DNA of 64,000 bases from an uncultured Chitinophagales bacterium. GTDB taxonomy: Bacteria > Bacteroidota > Bacteroidia > Chitinophagales > JADIYW01. The stretch is taken from contig CAZXRF010000004.1 in assembly GCA_964642875.1 (NCBI GenBank), positions 7,439 to 71,438 on the forward strand. The letters are read 5' to 3'. This document shows positions 37,206-46,564 of this stretch, in pieces. The translations under genes were made by a program, and so were the position numbers. Within the stretch, counting starts at the first letter, position 1, and every line of letters begins with the position of its first letter. The notes beneath the pieces are model-generated. The model saw nothing but the letters and a program-made list of their open reading frames with translations. It ran no database searches and was not told where the DNA came from.

Positions 37206-38807
37206 TTAAGCTTTAGGAGCTGCTGCTAAAATTTCTGCACTTGCTTTATCGGCATATTTTTTAAAGTTCTCATTGAACTTCACAGCCAATTCTTTTGCTT
37301 TTGCATCGTATGCATCTTTATCAGTCCACGTGTTTCTTGGATTCAGAATTTCACTTGGTACTTCAGGGCAAGCCGTAGGTATTTGAAAATTGAAAATTGG
37401 TAACGTTTCATAAGTTACATTTTCTAAGTTTCCGATTAGTGCCTCTGTAATTAAAGCACGTGTATATTTCAAGCTCATTCGTTTTCCAACGCCATACACG
37501 CCGCCTGTCATTCCTGTATTAATCAACCATACGTTAGCACCACTTTCTTTCAATTTTTTTCCTAACATTTCGGCATATTTTGTAGGATGCAGTGGCAAAA
37601 ACGCTGCTCCAAAGCAAGCGGAAAATGTAGTTTGGGGCTCAGTAACGCCGGCTTCGGTTCCTGCTACTTTTGAGGTATATCCTGAAATGAACAAATACAT
37701 TGCCTGCTCTTCAGTTAGTTTAGAAATTGGAGGTAATACTCCAAATGCATCATAACTTAAGAAGAAAATATTTTTGGGAATACTACCAACAGACGGTACA
37801 GCAATATTATTGATATGATATAAAGGATAAGAAACGCGGGTGTTTTCCGTTACAGATACGTTTTCGAAATCTACTTTATTAGTTCCTTCAAAGAAGCGTA
37901 CATTTTCTAAGATAGCTCCCGGCTTAATAGCACGGTAAATATCCGGTTCTTTTTCTTCGGTCAAGTCCACGCATTTTGCGTAGCAGCCACCTTCAAAGTT
38001 GAATACGCCGTTATCGCTCCATCCGTGCTCATCATCACCGATTAATTTTCTATTGGGATCTGCAGATAAGGTAGTTTTTCCGGTACCTGACAAACCGAAG
38101 AATAAAGCGGTATCGCCATTATTTCCGATATTAGCAGAGCAGTGCATGCTCAACACATTTTTTTGATGTGGCAATACAAAGTTTAATACAGTAAATATTC
38201 CTTTTTTAATTTCTCCGGTGTAGCTGCTTCCACCGATTAGAATTACTTTTTTTGTAAAATTGATAATGGAGAAATTGTGTTGACGTGTGCCATCTTCTGC
38301 TGCAATTGCCACACAACTTGGTGCGCATAAAATTGTCCATTCGGGTTCAAAGGATTGGATTTGTTCCTCAGTAGGACGGATAAACATATTATCTGCAAAT
38401 AAACTTGCCCAAGGGGTTTCTGTTATTACTCGGATATTGATTTGGAAATTAGGATCTGCACAAGCTTTCACATCGCGCACAAATACTTCATTTTTTTTAT
38501 CCAAATGGGCTACAATTTTTTCTTGAAGTTTGTCGAAATTTTCAGGCGAAAACGGCTGGTTTATATTATTCCAATCAACGGCATTTTCTGTAAGAGCATC
38601 TTTTACTGTGAATTTGTCTTTAGGAGAACGTCCTGTAAATTCGCCGGTATCAATGCATAAAGCACCTAAATCATTCAACACACCTAATTTTAAATCGAGG
38701 GTGCTTTGGATTAGTGCTTCACGTGTAATGTTCCAATTGGCGGTAGTGTTTTGAAAACCAAGATTTGTCAATGTTGCAGATGGATTCTTGACTCCTGTAT
38801 CTTTCAT
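37206..38807 (-). CDS. pckA: Phosphoenolpyruvate carboxykinase (ATP)
   Basis: 533 aa with kinase-1a motif GLSGTGKTT, IGDDEHGW, and a typical N-terminus. Confidence 0.95.
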   Translation of the reverse strand: MKDTGVKNPSATLTNLGFQNTTANWNITREALIQSTLDLKLGVLNDLGALCIDTGEFTGRSPKDKFTVKDALTENAVDWNNINQPFSPENFDKLQEKIVAHLDKKNEVFVRDVKACADPNFQINIRVITETPWASLFADNMFIRPTEEQIQSFEPEWTILCAPSCVAIAAEDGTRQHNFSIINFTKKVILIGGSSYTGEIKKGIFTVLNFVLPHQKNVLSMHCSANIGNNGDTALFFGLSGTGKTTLSADPNRKLIGDDEHGWSDNGVFNFEGGCYAKCVDLTEEKEPDIYRAIKPGAILENVRFFEGTNKVDFENVSVTENTRVSYPLYHINNIAVPSVGSIPKNIFFLSYDAFGVLPPISKLTEEQAMYLFISGYTSKVAGTEAGVTEPQTTFSACFGAAFLPLHPTKYAEMLGKKLKESGANVWLINTGMTGGVYGVGKRMSLKYTRALITEALIGNLENVTYETLPIFNFQIPTACPEVPSEILNPRNTWTDKDAYDAKAKELAVKFNENFKKYADKASAEILAAAPKA

Positions 38808-38832
38808 TTCTTTTGAATTTTGTTTAGGCTTC

Positions 38833-38840
38833 CAAAAATA
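38833..38840 (-). promoter_or_regulatory. -7 promoter box for pckA
   Basis: TATTTTTG on the minus strand, 25 nt upstream of the ATG at 38807. Confidence 0.35.
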
Positions 38841-38985
38841 GTAATTTTTGTCTTTTACTACTCTCTTGTAACTTTTTGGTAATATAAAATATATTCACAA
38901 TTTTTGCTTAATTATCAATAGTTTATAAAACCTGTGATATTAATTAATTATGATTTTTGTCATATCGAGAGTTTCAGATTGTATT

Positions 38986-39018
38986 TTATAAAAAATCCGC
39001 TCCATGTGAGGAGCGGAT
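38986..39018 (-). terminator. Rho-independent terminator after rpsA
   Basis: atccgctcc-atgtga-ggagcggat: a 9-bp GC-containing stem followed by a T-run on the minus strand. Confidence 0.75.
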
Positions 39019-39049
39019 ATAAATATCAAATCAAATTTTAAATCGAATA

Positions 39050-40939
39050 TTATTCGTTTTCCATTTTAGATTTTAAATCAGAAAGTGCGGCGATATCACC
39101 TAAAGTAGATTTTTCTACTTTGCTGTTTGTTTTTTCTAAAGCTTCTTTTTGTTTTTTAGCTTCTTTTTTCTTTTCACCGTCAACTGATTTTTTTTCTTCC
39201 AATTTAGCATCTTCGCTCACGCGGGTATGAGAAACGATAATACGTTTATCATCACGGTCAAATTCCAATACTTTGAATGGTAATATTTCTTCTACTTCTG
39301 CTAATTTTCCGTCTTCTTTCTTAATATGACGTGTTGGAGCAAATGCTTCGATACCGTAAGGTAATTGAACTACTGCGCCTTTGTCTTCTCTTTTTAATAC
39401 GGTTGCTTCGTGTATAGAGCCTACAGGGAACAAGGATTCGAAAGTATCCCAAGGGTCTTCTTCCAATTGTTTGTGGCCTAAAACAATTTTTTTGTTTTCA
39501 ACATCTATTTCTAAAACTACTACATCTAACTCGTTGCCTACTTTTGTAAACTCAGAAGGATGGTTGTATCGTTTAGTCCAAGATAAATCAGAGATGTGAA
39601 TCATACCGCCAACAACATCATCTAACTCTACAAATACGCCGTAAGGAGTAATGTTTTTCACAATGCCTTTTAATTTTGTACCTACTGGATATTTTTCAGC
39701 GATGTGTTTCCATGGGTCTTCTTGCATTTGTTTTAAGCTCAACGACATTTTACGTTCGTCTTTGTCTAAAGTAACAACTACTGCTTCGTATTCGTCGCCT
39801 AATTTGAAGAAATCACGGGAGTTGATTGGTTGATTACTCCAAGTAACTTCTGATACGTGGATTAAACCTTCTACTCCTGGAGTAATTTCTAAGAATGAAC
39901 CGTAATCTTCAATATTAACGATTTTTCCTTTCACTTTAGCACCTACTTCTATGCCTTCAGGTAATGAATCCCAAGGATGAGGTTGTAATTGTTTTAAGCC
40001 TAAAGAAATGCGTTTCTTGTTATCATCATAATCAATTACTACTACTTGGAGTTTTTGATCCATTTTCAACACTTCATTCGGATGGTTGATACGTCCCCAA
40101 GAGATATCTGTGATGTATAATAAACCATCAACTCCACCTAAGTCAATAAATGCGCCAAAGTCAGTGATATTTTTGATAATACCTTCCAACACTTGCCCTT
40201 TTTCTAATTTTCCGATAATTTCTTGGCGTTGAGATTCTAAATCACTTTCAATTAATGCTTTATGAGATACTACCGCATTTTTGATAGTTTCATTAATTTT
40301 CACAACTTTGAATTCCATTGTTTTACCAACAAATTGGTCATAGTCAGTGATTGGTTTTACATCAATTTGAGATCCCGGTAAAAATGTTTCCATTCCGAAC
40401 AAGTCAACGATAAGACCGCCTTTTGTTTTGCTAATAATACGTCCTTTTACGACAGTATCTTTTTCGTTAGCTTCACAAATATAATCCCAAGCTTTAGTTA
40501 GCTTTGCTTTTTTGCGAGAAAGGATAAGTTGTCCCTTTTTGTTTTCTTTATTCTCTACATATACATCTACTTCATCTCCAATTTTTAAATCAGGAGTATC
40601 TTTGAATTCTGAACGTGGAATCATACCATCAGATTTGAATCCGATATTTAAGATTACGTCTGTATCTGTAATTGCAGTTACAGTAGCTTTTACAATTTCA
40701 TTGTCTTCTACTTGTCTGAATGTTTGGTCGTACAAGGTTTCTAACTCAGCAATTTTTTCTTTGCTATATTTGTTAGCACCGCGTTTGCTTACATTCCAAT
40801 CGAATTCTTCAGATTGTACTACAGGAACTTTAATATCCACTGTTTCTTGTTCGATTATTTCTTTTTCTTTGTTTATCGGTAGGATATCATCCGTTGCATC
40901 CATAGCCGATTTTGATGTTTTTTCTGCCAAAATTGACAC
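39050..40939 (-). CDS. rpsA: 30S ribosomal protein S1
   Basis: Six S1/OB repeats (e.g. GFKSDGMIPRSEF, GMETFLPGSQ, GVDGLLYITDISW, GVEGLIHVSEV, VVGGMIHISDLSW) and a K/E-rich tail. Confidence 0.95.
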   Translation of the reverse strand: MSILAEKTSKSAMDATDDILPINKEKEIIEQETVDIKVPVVQSEEFDWNVSKRGANKYSKEKIAELETLYDQTFRQVEDNEIVKATVTAITDTDVILNIGFKSDGMIPRSEFKDTPDLKIGDEVDVYVENKENKKGQLILSRKKAKLTKAWDYICEANEKDTVVKGRIISKTKGGLIVDLFGMETFLPGSQIDVKPITDYDQFVGKTMEFKVVKINETIKNAVVSHKALIESDLESQRQEIIGKLEKGQVLEGIIKNITDFGAFIDLGGVDGLLYITDISWGRINHPNEVLKMDQKLQVVVIDYDDNKKRISLGLKQLQPHPWDSLPEGIEVGAKVKGKIVNIEDYGSFLEITPGVEGLIHVSEVTWSNQPINSRDFFKLGDEYEAVVVTLDKDERKMSLSLKQMQEDPWKHIAEKYPVGTKLKGIVKNITPYGVFVELDDVVGGMIHISDLSWTKRYNHPSEFTKVGNELDVVVLEIDVENKKIVLGHKQLEEDPWDTFESLFPVGSIHEATVLKREDKGAVVQLPYGIEAFAPTRHIKKEDGKLAEVEEILPFKVLEFDRDDKRIIVSHTRVSEDAKLEEKKSVDGEKKKEAKKQKEALEKTNSKVEKSTLGDIAALSDLKSKMENE

Positions 40940-41005
40940 ATTTTAAAGGTGAATAATTAATTAATTCTCCAAAATTCCAAGGTAACTTTCTGGAATTTGG
41001 GACTG

Positions 41006-41013
41006 CAAAGATA
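41006..41013 (-). promoter_or_regulatory. -7 promoter box for rpsA
   Basis: TATCTTTG on the minus strand, 66 nt upstream of the ATG at 40939. Confidence 0.3.
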
Positions 41014-41132
41014 CAATTAAATCAGGGAAATAGCTAATTAATACGCTATCTGAGATGATTTTTTTATGAAATTCATACGTTTTTAACAACAAAATCGACT
41101 TAATTTTGGCTATATCCGAGTTCTAGATTAGT

Positions 41133-41597
41133 TTAATTGCGATTGCGTATTCTGTTTAAAATATCATTTAATAATTTTAATTCTTCAGGGCTTACTAGTT
41201 TATACCTATTAGGAGAATTATCTGCAATTAGAACTTTGTCAATTTTCAGAATGAGAGTTAATCCCTTTTCAGTAATTCGTATGTCTAATTGCCTACGGTT
41301 TTGTGGGTTGACCTCACGGGTTACCAATCCTTTTTGCTGTAATTTTTCTACCAAACGGGTAGCATTAGACATTCGCTCTACCATTCTTTCAGTAATCTGT
41401 CCTAAAGAAGTTACATTGGGATGTTGTCCTCTTAAAATTCGCAATACGTTAAACTGCTGTCTTGTGATTCCAAACTTCTTAAAAAAGCGGTTAAATTCAT
41501 TTTGTAGCCAACTTGAAGTGAACAGTAGGTTTACATCTGTTTTTATAAATAAGTTTATAAATTCTTTCTGTTTTATTTCTTCTTCAATGGTCTTCAT
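41133..41597 (-). CDS. MarR-family transcriptional regulator
   Basis: Winged-HTH profile (ITRQQFNVLRILRGQ ... LGQITERMVERMSNATRLVEKLQQKGLVTR). 154 aa. Confidence 0.85.
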   Translation of the reverse strand: MKTIEEEIKQKEFINLFIKTDVNLLFTSSWLQNEFNRFFKKFGITRQQFNVLRILRGQHPNVTSLGQITERMVERMSNATRLVEKLQQKGLVTREVNPQNRRQLDIRITEKGLTLILKIDKVLIADNSPNRYKLVSPEELKLLNDILNRIRNRN

Positions 41598-41599
41598 TA

Positions 41600-41908
41600 T
41601 TAAGCTTGAGTAGTAGGCGTACCAAAATTAAGTGGCAAGGATATTTGCTCAAAGTCTTTTATTTCGCCATGCATTTGTTCAAATTTTTTAATATTTTCTA
41701 CTAATGCTGCGGTTAATCTTTTGGCGTGTTGTGGGGTAAGTATAATTCTTGATTTTACTTTAGCTTTATTTACTCCTGGTGCCATTCGAACAAAATCCAC
41801 TACAAATTCTTGGTTGGAGTGAGTGATAATGGCTAAGTTTGCGTATTCTCCTTCAGCAATATCTTCCGGCAATTCTATATTAATTTGATTTTGATTGTTA
41901 TTTTCCAT
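41600..41908 (-). CDS. DUF3467-family protein
   Basis: EGEYANLAIITHSNQEFVVDFVRMAPGVNKAKVKSRIILTPQHAKRL matches my recollection of DUF3467, the usual gene downstream of rpoC in Bacteroidota. Start placed at MENNNQ. Confidence 0.7.
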   Translation of the reverse strand: MENNNQNQINIELPEDIAEGEYANLAIITHSNQEFVVDFVRMAPGVNKAKVKSRIILTPQHAKRLTAALVENIKKFEQMHGEIKDFEQISLPLNFGTPTTQA

Positions 41909-41950
41909 TTTACTAATCTTCTTTTGTAAATATATCAAATTCCACTAACA

Positions 41951-41992
41951 AAATAAAAAAAAGAGGCTGTAATTAATAATAATACAGCCTCT
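41951..41992 (-). terminator. Rho-independent terminator after rpoC
   Basis: agaggctgta-loop-tacagcctct: a 10-bp stem followed on the minus strand by a T-run. Confidence 0.75.
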
Positions 41993-42014
41993 TTATAATT
42001 CATTCATTCATTTA

Positions 42015-45000
42015 TTATTCCTCGTCCTCTTCAATCATTGCTCTTTTCACTAAAGTACGTTCATGATCTTTTTTAGAAGTAGTGAAGAAGTTTTCAAATT
42101 CGCGAACGCCTGTACCTGCTGGAATTCTATGACCAACAATTACATTTTCTTTCAAGCCAGCCATATTATCTTTCTTAGCATTTATTGCGGCTTGGTTCAA
42201 CACTTTCGTAGTCTCTTGGAAAGATGCTGCTGAAATCCAACTATGTGTTCCTAATGATGCACGGGTTATACCTTGCAACATTGGACTTGCGGTTGCAGGA
42301 ATTGCATCGCGGTATTCTACTGTTTTTCTATCGTTTCGTTTCAAGAAGGAGTTTTCTTCTCTTATCTGTCTTAAGGTTACTATTTCACCTACTACTAATT
42401 GCTCAGAATCACCAGCATCAGTTATAACTTTTTTATCGAAGATATAGTCGTTTTGTTCAATGAAGTCAAACTTATCAGCTCTTTCACCTTCTAAGAATTT
42501 AGTATCACCAGCATCGCTAATCAGCACATCGCTCATCATTTGTTTTACGATAACTTCAATATGTTTATCATTGATACGCACCCCTTGTAAACGATATACT
42601 TCTTGAATTTCATTTACTAAATAAGCTTGTAATGCTGAAGGTCCTTTTATTTTTAAGATATCTGTTGGTGTAATTGCTCCGTCAGACAATGGCATACCTG
42701 CTTTCACAAAATCTCCGTCTTGTACAAGGATATGTTTTGTTAATGGCACTAAGTATTTTCTTTGTACACCATCTTTTGATGTTACTGTAATCTCTCTGTT
42801 ACCGCGTTTAATTTTTCCGAATGTTGCTTGTCCGTCGATTTCCGAAACTTTTGCTGGGTTTGATGGATTTCGAGCTTCGAATAGTTCTTGTACACGTGGT
42901 AATCCTCCTGTGATATCTCTTACTTTGCTTAAAATACGTGGTATTTTCACGATAATTGCACCTGGTTGAATTACATCTCCATCTTCTACAGAAATGTGTG
43001 CTCCCACAGGAATAGAGTAAGAGTACAATTCTTTACCTTTATCATCAACTATCAATAGTGATGGCGCTTTTTTCTTATCTCGAGATTCTATTGTTACTTT
43101 CTCACGGTGTCCAGTTTGTTCTTCTAATTCTTCACGGTAAGTAATCCCTTCAATTACATTTTCATATTTAATAGTTCCTTTAAATTCTGAAATAATAACA
43201 TTGTTAAATGGATCCCAAGAGCAGATTACATCGCCTTTTTTCACTTTATGTCCGTCTTTTACTTTCAATATTGCCCCGTAAGGAATGTTATTAGTAATTA
43301 ATACTCTGTCCGTTGCTTCATCGATAATGTTGATTTCGCCTGTACGTCCAATAACAACTAGTTTCACTTCTCCATCTTCTCCTTCTTGTTTAACTGTTTT
43401 TATGCTATCAAATTCAAGTTTACCGTCAAACTTAGCTGTTAATTGAGATTCGGATGCAACAGATGCTGCAGTACCACCTGTGTGGAAAGTACGTAATGTT
43501 AACTGTGTACCCGGCTCACCAATGGATTGAGCTGCCACAATACCTACTGCATCTCCAAATTGGGCAGGTCGATTATTGGTTAAACTTCTACCATAGCATT
43601 TAGCACACACCCCGCGTTTCATTTCGCAAGTTAATACGGAACGAATTTCTACACTTTCTATAGGAGATTCTTCGATGATTTTCGCTGCAGCTTCAAGTAT
43701 TAATTCTCCTTCTTTAACGATTACTTCATCAGTAATTGGATGAACGATATCTAATAATGCTGTACGTCCAACTATACGATCTGCTAAAGATTCTATAATT
43801 TCTTCGTTTTCTTTAATTGCAGAAGTATTTAATCCTCTAAGGGTTCCACAATCTTCTCCGTTAATTACAACATCTTGAGCTACGTCCACCAAACGACGAG
43901 TTAAATATCCCGCATCTGCAGTTTTTAAGGCTGTATCTGCTAAACCTTTGCGTGCACCGTGAGTAGAGATAAAGTATTCTAAAACGTTTAGTCCGTCTTT
44001 AAAGTTGGATAAAATTGGATTTTCGATAATCTCTCCACCGGTGGAACCTGATTTACGAGGTTTAGCCATTAACCCACGAATACCGCCTAACTGTTTAATT
44101 TGTTGTTTAGAACCACGCGCTCCAGAATCCAACATCATATATACAGAGTTAAACCCTTGGCGGTGAGATGAAATTTCTTTCATCAATGTTTCCGTAATTC
44201 TTGTATCTACACGTGTCCAGATATCGATGATTTGGTTATAACGTTCATTATTGGTGATTAACCCCATGTTGAAACTTTGCCAAACCTCATCTACTTCTTC
44301 ACTTGCTTTATCTAATAATGTTTGTTTTACTTCCGGAATGATCAAATCATCAATTTTAAACGACAAACCACCTTTAAATGCTTGACGGAAACCTATTTCT
44401 TTTATATCATCCAAAAATTTTACCGTTGTTGGGATATTTGTACTTACTAATACATCTCCAATTACGTTTTTGATATTCTTTTTACTCAATAATTCATTTA
44501 CATAACCACACTCGGCAGGTACAACTTCGTTGAAGATTAAACGGCCAACGGTAGTTTCAATTATTTTATTTTTGAATTCTCCATTTTCTTTTACACGCAC
44601 TCTACATTTTACGTTTGCATGCAAATCCACTTGTTTTTCATTTAATGCAATAATTGCTTCTTCAGCGGAGTAGAATACTTTACCTTCTCCTTTCACTATT
44701 TCATCTCCTACGGTTTTCTTTCCTTTGGTTAAATAATACAAACCTAATACCATATCCTGTGATGGGATAGTAATAGGAGTACCATTTTGTGGATTTAGGA
44801 TATTATGCGAAGCCAACATTAAAATTTGTGCTTCTAATATTGCAGCGTTACTTAATGGAACGTGAACTGCCATTTGGTCACCATCAAAGTCAGCGTTAAA
44901 TGAACTACATACTAATGGGTGTAATTGTATTGCTTTTCCTTCGATTAATTTAGGTTGGAATGCTTGAATAGACAAGCGGTGTAATGTTGGGGCACGGTTT

Positions 45001-46334
45001 AGTAATACCGGATGGCCTTTCATTACATTTTCTAAGATATCCCAAATTACTGCTTCTTTTTTGTCCACTAATTTTTTAGCAGATTTTACGGTCTTTACGA
45101 TACCTCGTTCTAATAATTTACGAATAATAAACGGCTTGAATAATTCCGCTGCCATGTCTTTTGGCAAACCACATTCGTGCAATTTCATTTCAGGCCCTAC
45201 TACAATAACCGAACGACCGGAGTAATCCACACGTTTACCTAATAAGTTTTGACGGAAGCGTCCTTGCTTTCCTTTCAAAACATCGGATAATGATTTTAAA
45301 GCACGCCCACCTTCAGCTTTTACTGCATTAGATTTTCTAGAATTGTCGAATAATGAATCCACCGCTTCTTGTAACATACGTTTCTCATTACGTAAAATTA
45401 CTTCAGGTGCTTTTATTTCTATTAATCGTTTTAAACGGTTATTTCGGATAATTACACGACGGTATAAGTCATTTAAATCTGATGAGGCAAAACGGCCACC
45501 ATCTAATGGTACTAATGGGCGCAATTCCGGTGGTACTACCGGTAAATATTGCACTATCATCCACTCCGGTCTGTTTTCTGTTTCTTCATTTGCTTCACGG
45601 AATGCCTCTACAACGCTTAAACGTTTTAAGGCTTCTGATTTACGTTGTTGCGAAGATTCGTGAGATGCTTTATGGCGTAATTCTCCGGATAATTTTTTCA
45701 AATCTATTCTTGCCAATAAATCACGAATTGCGTCGCCACCCATTTTAGCAATGAATTTATTTGGATCATCATCTGATAATAATTGGTTATCTTTTGGCAA
45801 TCCATCTAATATATCTAAATACTCTTCTTCGGTTAATAAATCTAAGTATTTTGTTTTTTTACTTTCGCCATTTACCGGCACCCCATCTTCTGTAATCCCT
45901 GGTTGGATAACTACATATCTTTCATAGTAAACAATGGCTTCTACATTTTTAGAAGACAATCCCAACATATAGCCAATTTTATTGGGCAAAGATTTAAAAT
46001 ACCATATATGAACGATTGGAACGACTAATTTAATGTGCCCCATACGCTCGCGACGTACTTTTTTTTCTGTTACTTCTACCCCACAGCGGTCGCATACTAT
46101 ACCTTTATAACGGATACGTTTGTACTTTCCACAAAAACATTCATAATCTTTCGTAGGTCCAAAGATACGCTCACAGAATAAGCCTTCCATTTCTGGCTTG
46201 TAGGTTCTGTAGTTGATAGTCTCAGGTTTTTTTACTTCTCCATAAGAACGTTCCAAAATTGAATCCGGGGAAGCGAGTTTTAGTGTAATTGACTTAAACT
46301 CCGTGTTGATTTTGTTATCCTTCTTAAAAGGCAT
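42015..46334 (-). CDS. rpoC: DNA-directed RNA polymerase subunit beta-prime
   Basis: 1439 aa with a zinc-binding N-terminus ([23 protein letters not shown]), catalytic [12 protein letters not shown], and trigger loop/bridge helix regions. Confidence 0.98.
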   Translation of the reverse strand: MPFKKDNKINTEFKSITLKLASPDSILERSYGEVKKPETINYRTYKPEMEGLFCERIFGPTKDYECFCGKYKRIRYKGIVCDRCGVEVTEKKVRRERMGHIKLVVPIVHIWYFKSLPNKIGYMLGLSSKNVEAIVYYERYVVIQPGITEDGVPVNGESKKTKYLDLLTEEEYLDILDGLPKDNQLLSDDDPNKFIAKMGGDAIRDLLARIDLKKLSGELRHKASHESSQQRKSEALKRLSVVEAFREANEETENRPEWMIVQYLPVVPPELRPLVPLDGGRFASSDLNDLYRRVIIRNNRLKRLIEIKAPEVILRNEKRMLQEAVDSLFDNSRKSNAVKAEGGRALKSLSDVLKGKQGRFRQNLLGKRVDYSGRSVIVVGPEMKLHECGLPKDMAAELFKPFIIRKLLERGIVKTVKSAKKLVDKKEAVIWDILENVMKGHPVLLNRAPTLHRLSIQAFQPKLIEGKAIQLHPLVCSSFNADFDGDQMAVHVPLSNAAILEAQILMLASHNILNPQNGTPITIPSQDMVLGLYYLTKGKKTVGDEIVKGEGKVFYSAEEAIIALNEKQVDLHANVKCRVRVKENGEFKNKIIETTVGRLIFNEVVPAECGYVNELLSKKNIKNVIGDVLVSTNIPTTVKFLDDIKEIGFRQAFKGGLSFKIDDLIIPEVKQTLLDKASEEVDEVWQSFNMGLITNNERYNQIIDIWTRVDTRITETLMKEISSHRQGFNSVYMMLDSGARGSKQQIKQLGGIRGLMAKPRKSGSTGGEIIENPILSNFKDGLNVLEYFISTHGARKGLADTALKTADAGYLTRRLVDVAQDVVINGEDCGTLRGLNTSAIKENEEIIESLADRIVGRTALLDIVHPITDEVIVKEGELILEAAAKIIEESPIESVEIRSVLTCEMKRGVCAKCYGRSLTNNRPAQFGDAVGIVAAQSIGEPGTQLTLRTFHTGGTAASVASESQLTAKFDGKLEFDSIKTVKQEGEDGEVKLVVIGRTGEINIIDEATDRVLITNNIPYGAILKVKDGHKVKKGDVICSWDPFNNVIISEFKGTIKYENVIEGITYREELEEQTGHREKVTIESRDKKKAPSLLIVDDKGKELYSYSIPVGAHISVEDGDVIQPGAIIVKIPRILSKVRDITGGLPRVQELFEARNPSNPAKVSEIDGQATFGKIKRGNREITVTSKDGVQRKYLVPLTKHILVQDGDFVKAGMPLSDGAITPTDILKIKGPSALQAYLVNEIQEVYRLQGVRINDKHIEVIVKQMMSDVLISDAGDTKFLEGERADKFDFIEQNDYIFDKKVITDAGDSEQLVVGEIVTLRQIREENSFLKRNDRKTVEYRDAIPATASPMLQGITRASLGTHSWISAASFQETTKVLNQAAINAKKDNMAGLKENVIVGHRIPAGTGVREFENFFTTSKKDHERTLVKRAMIEEDEE

Positions 46335-46428
46335 AATGTATTGAATTTTAATTTGTTATAACAATATTACAGGTAAAAAAAGTGCTTTTTACCCAAAATA
46401 GAGTTGCGAATATACGCTTTTATACGGA

Positions 46429-46443
46429 TAATTTGGCAAATTA
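46429..46443. promoter_or_regulatory. Perfect 15-bp palindrome in the rpoC upstream region
   Basis: TAATTTG-G-CAAATTA. Confidence 0.3.
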
Positions 46444-46481
46444 GGATAATAAAATTGTATTAATTAGTGTGAAAACAATTT

Positions 46482-46489
46482 CAAAGCTA
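46482..46489 (-). promoter_or_regulatory. Candidate -7 promoter box for rpoC
   Basis: TAGCTTTG on the minus strand, about 148 nt upstream of the ATG at 46334. It is the only exact TAnnTTTG I found in this spacer. Confidence 0.25.
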
Positions 46490-46564
46490 TCGTTTCCTAT
46501 TTTAGTAATTTGAATTTTTGCCTAAATTTATCCATTTATATTGTATTAATATTTAAAATCGTTC

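Noticed and set aside
41137-41613. 158-aa plus-strand ORF covering the same interval as the MarR gene.
   Set aside because: The minus-strand product has a clear winged-HTH MarR profile and sits in operon context. The plus-strand product is low-complexity with no recognisable motif.
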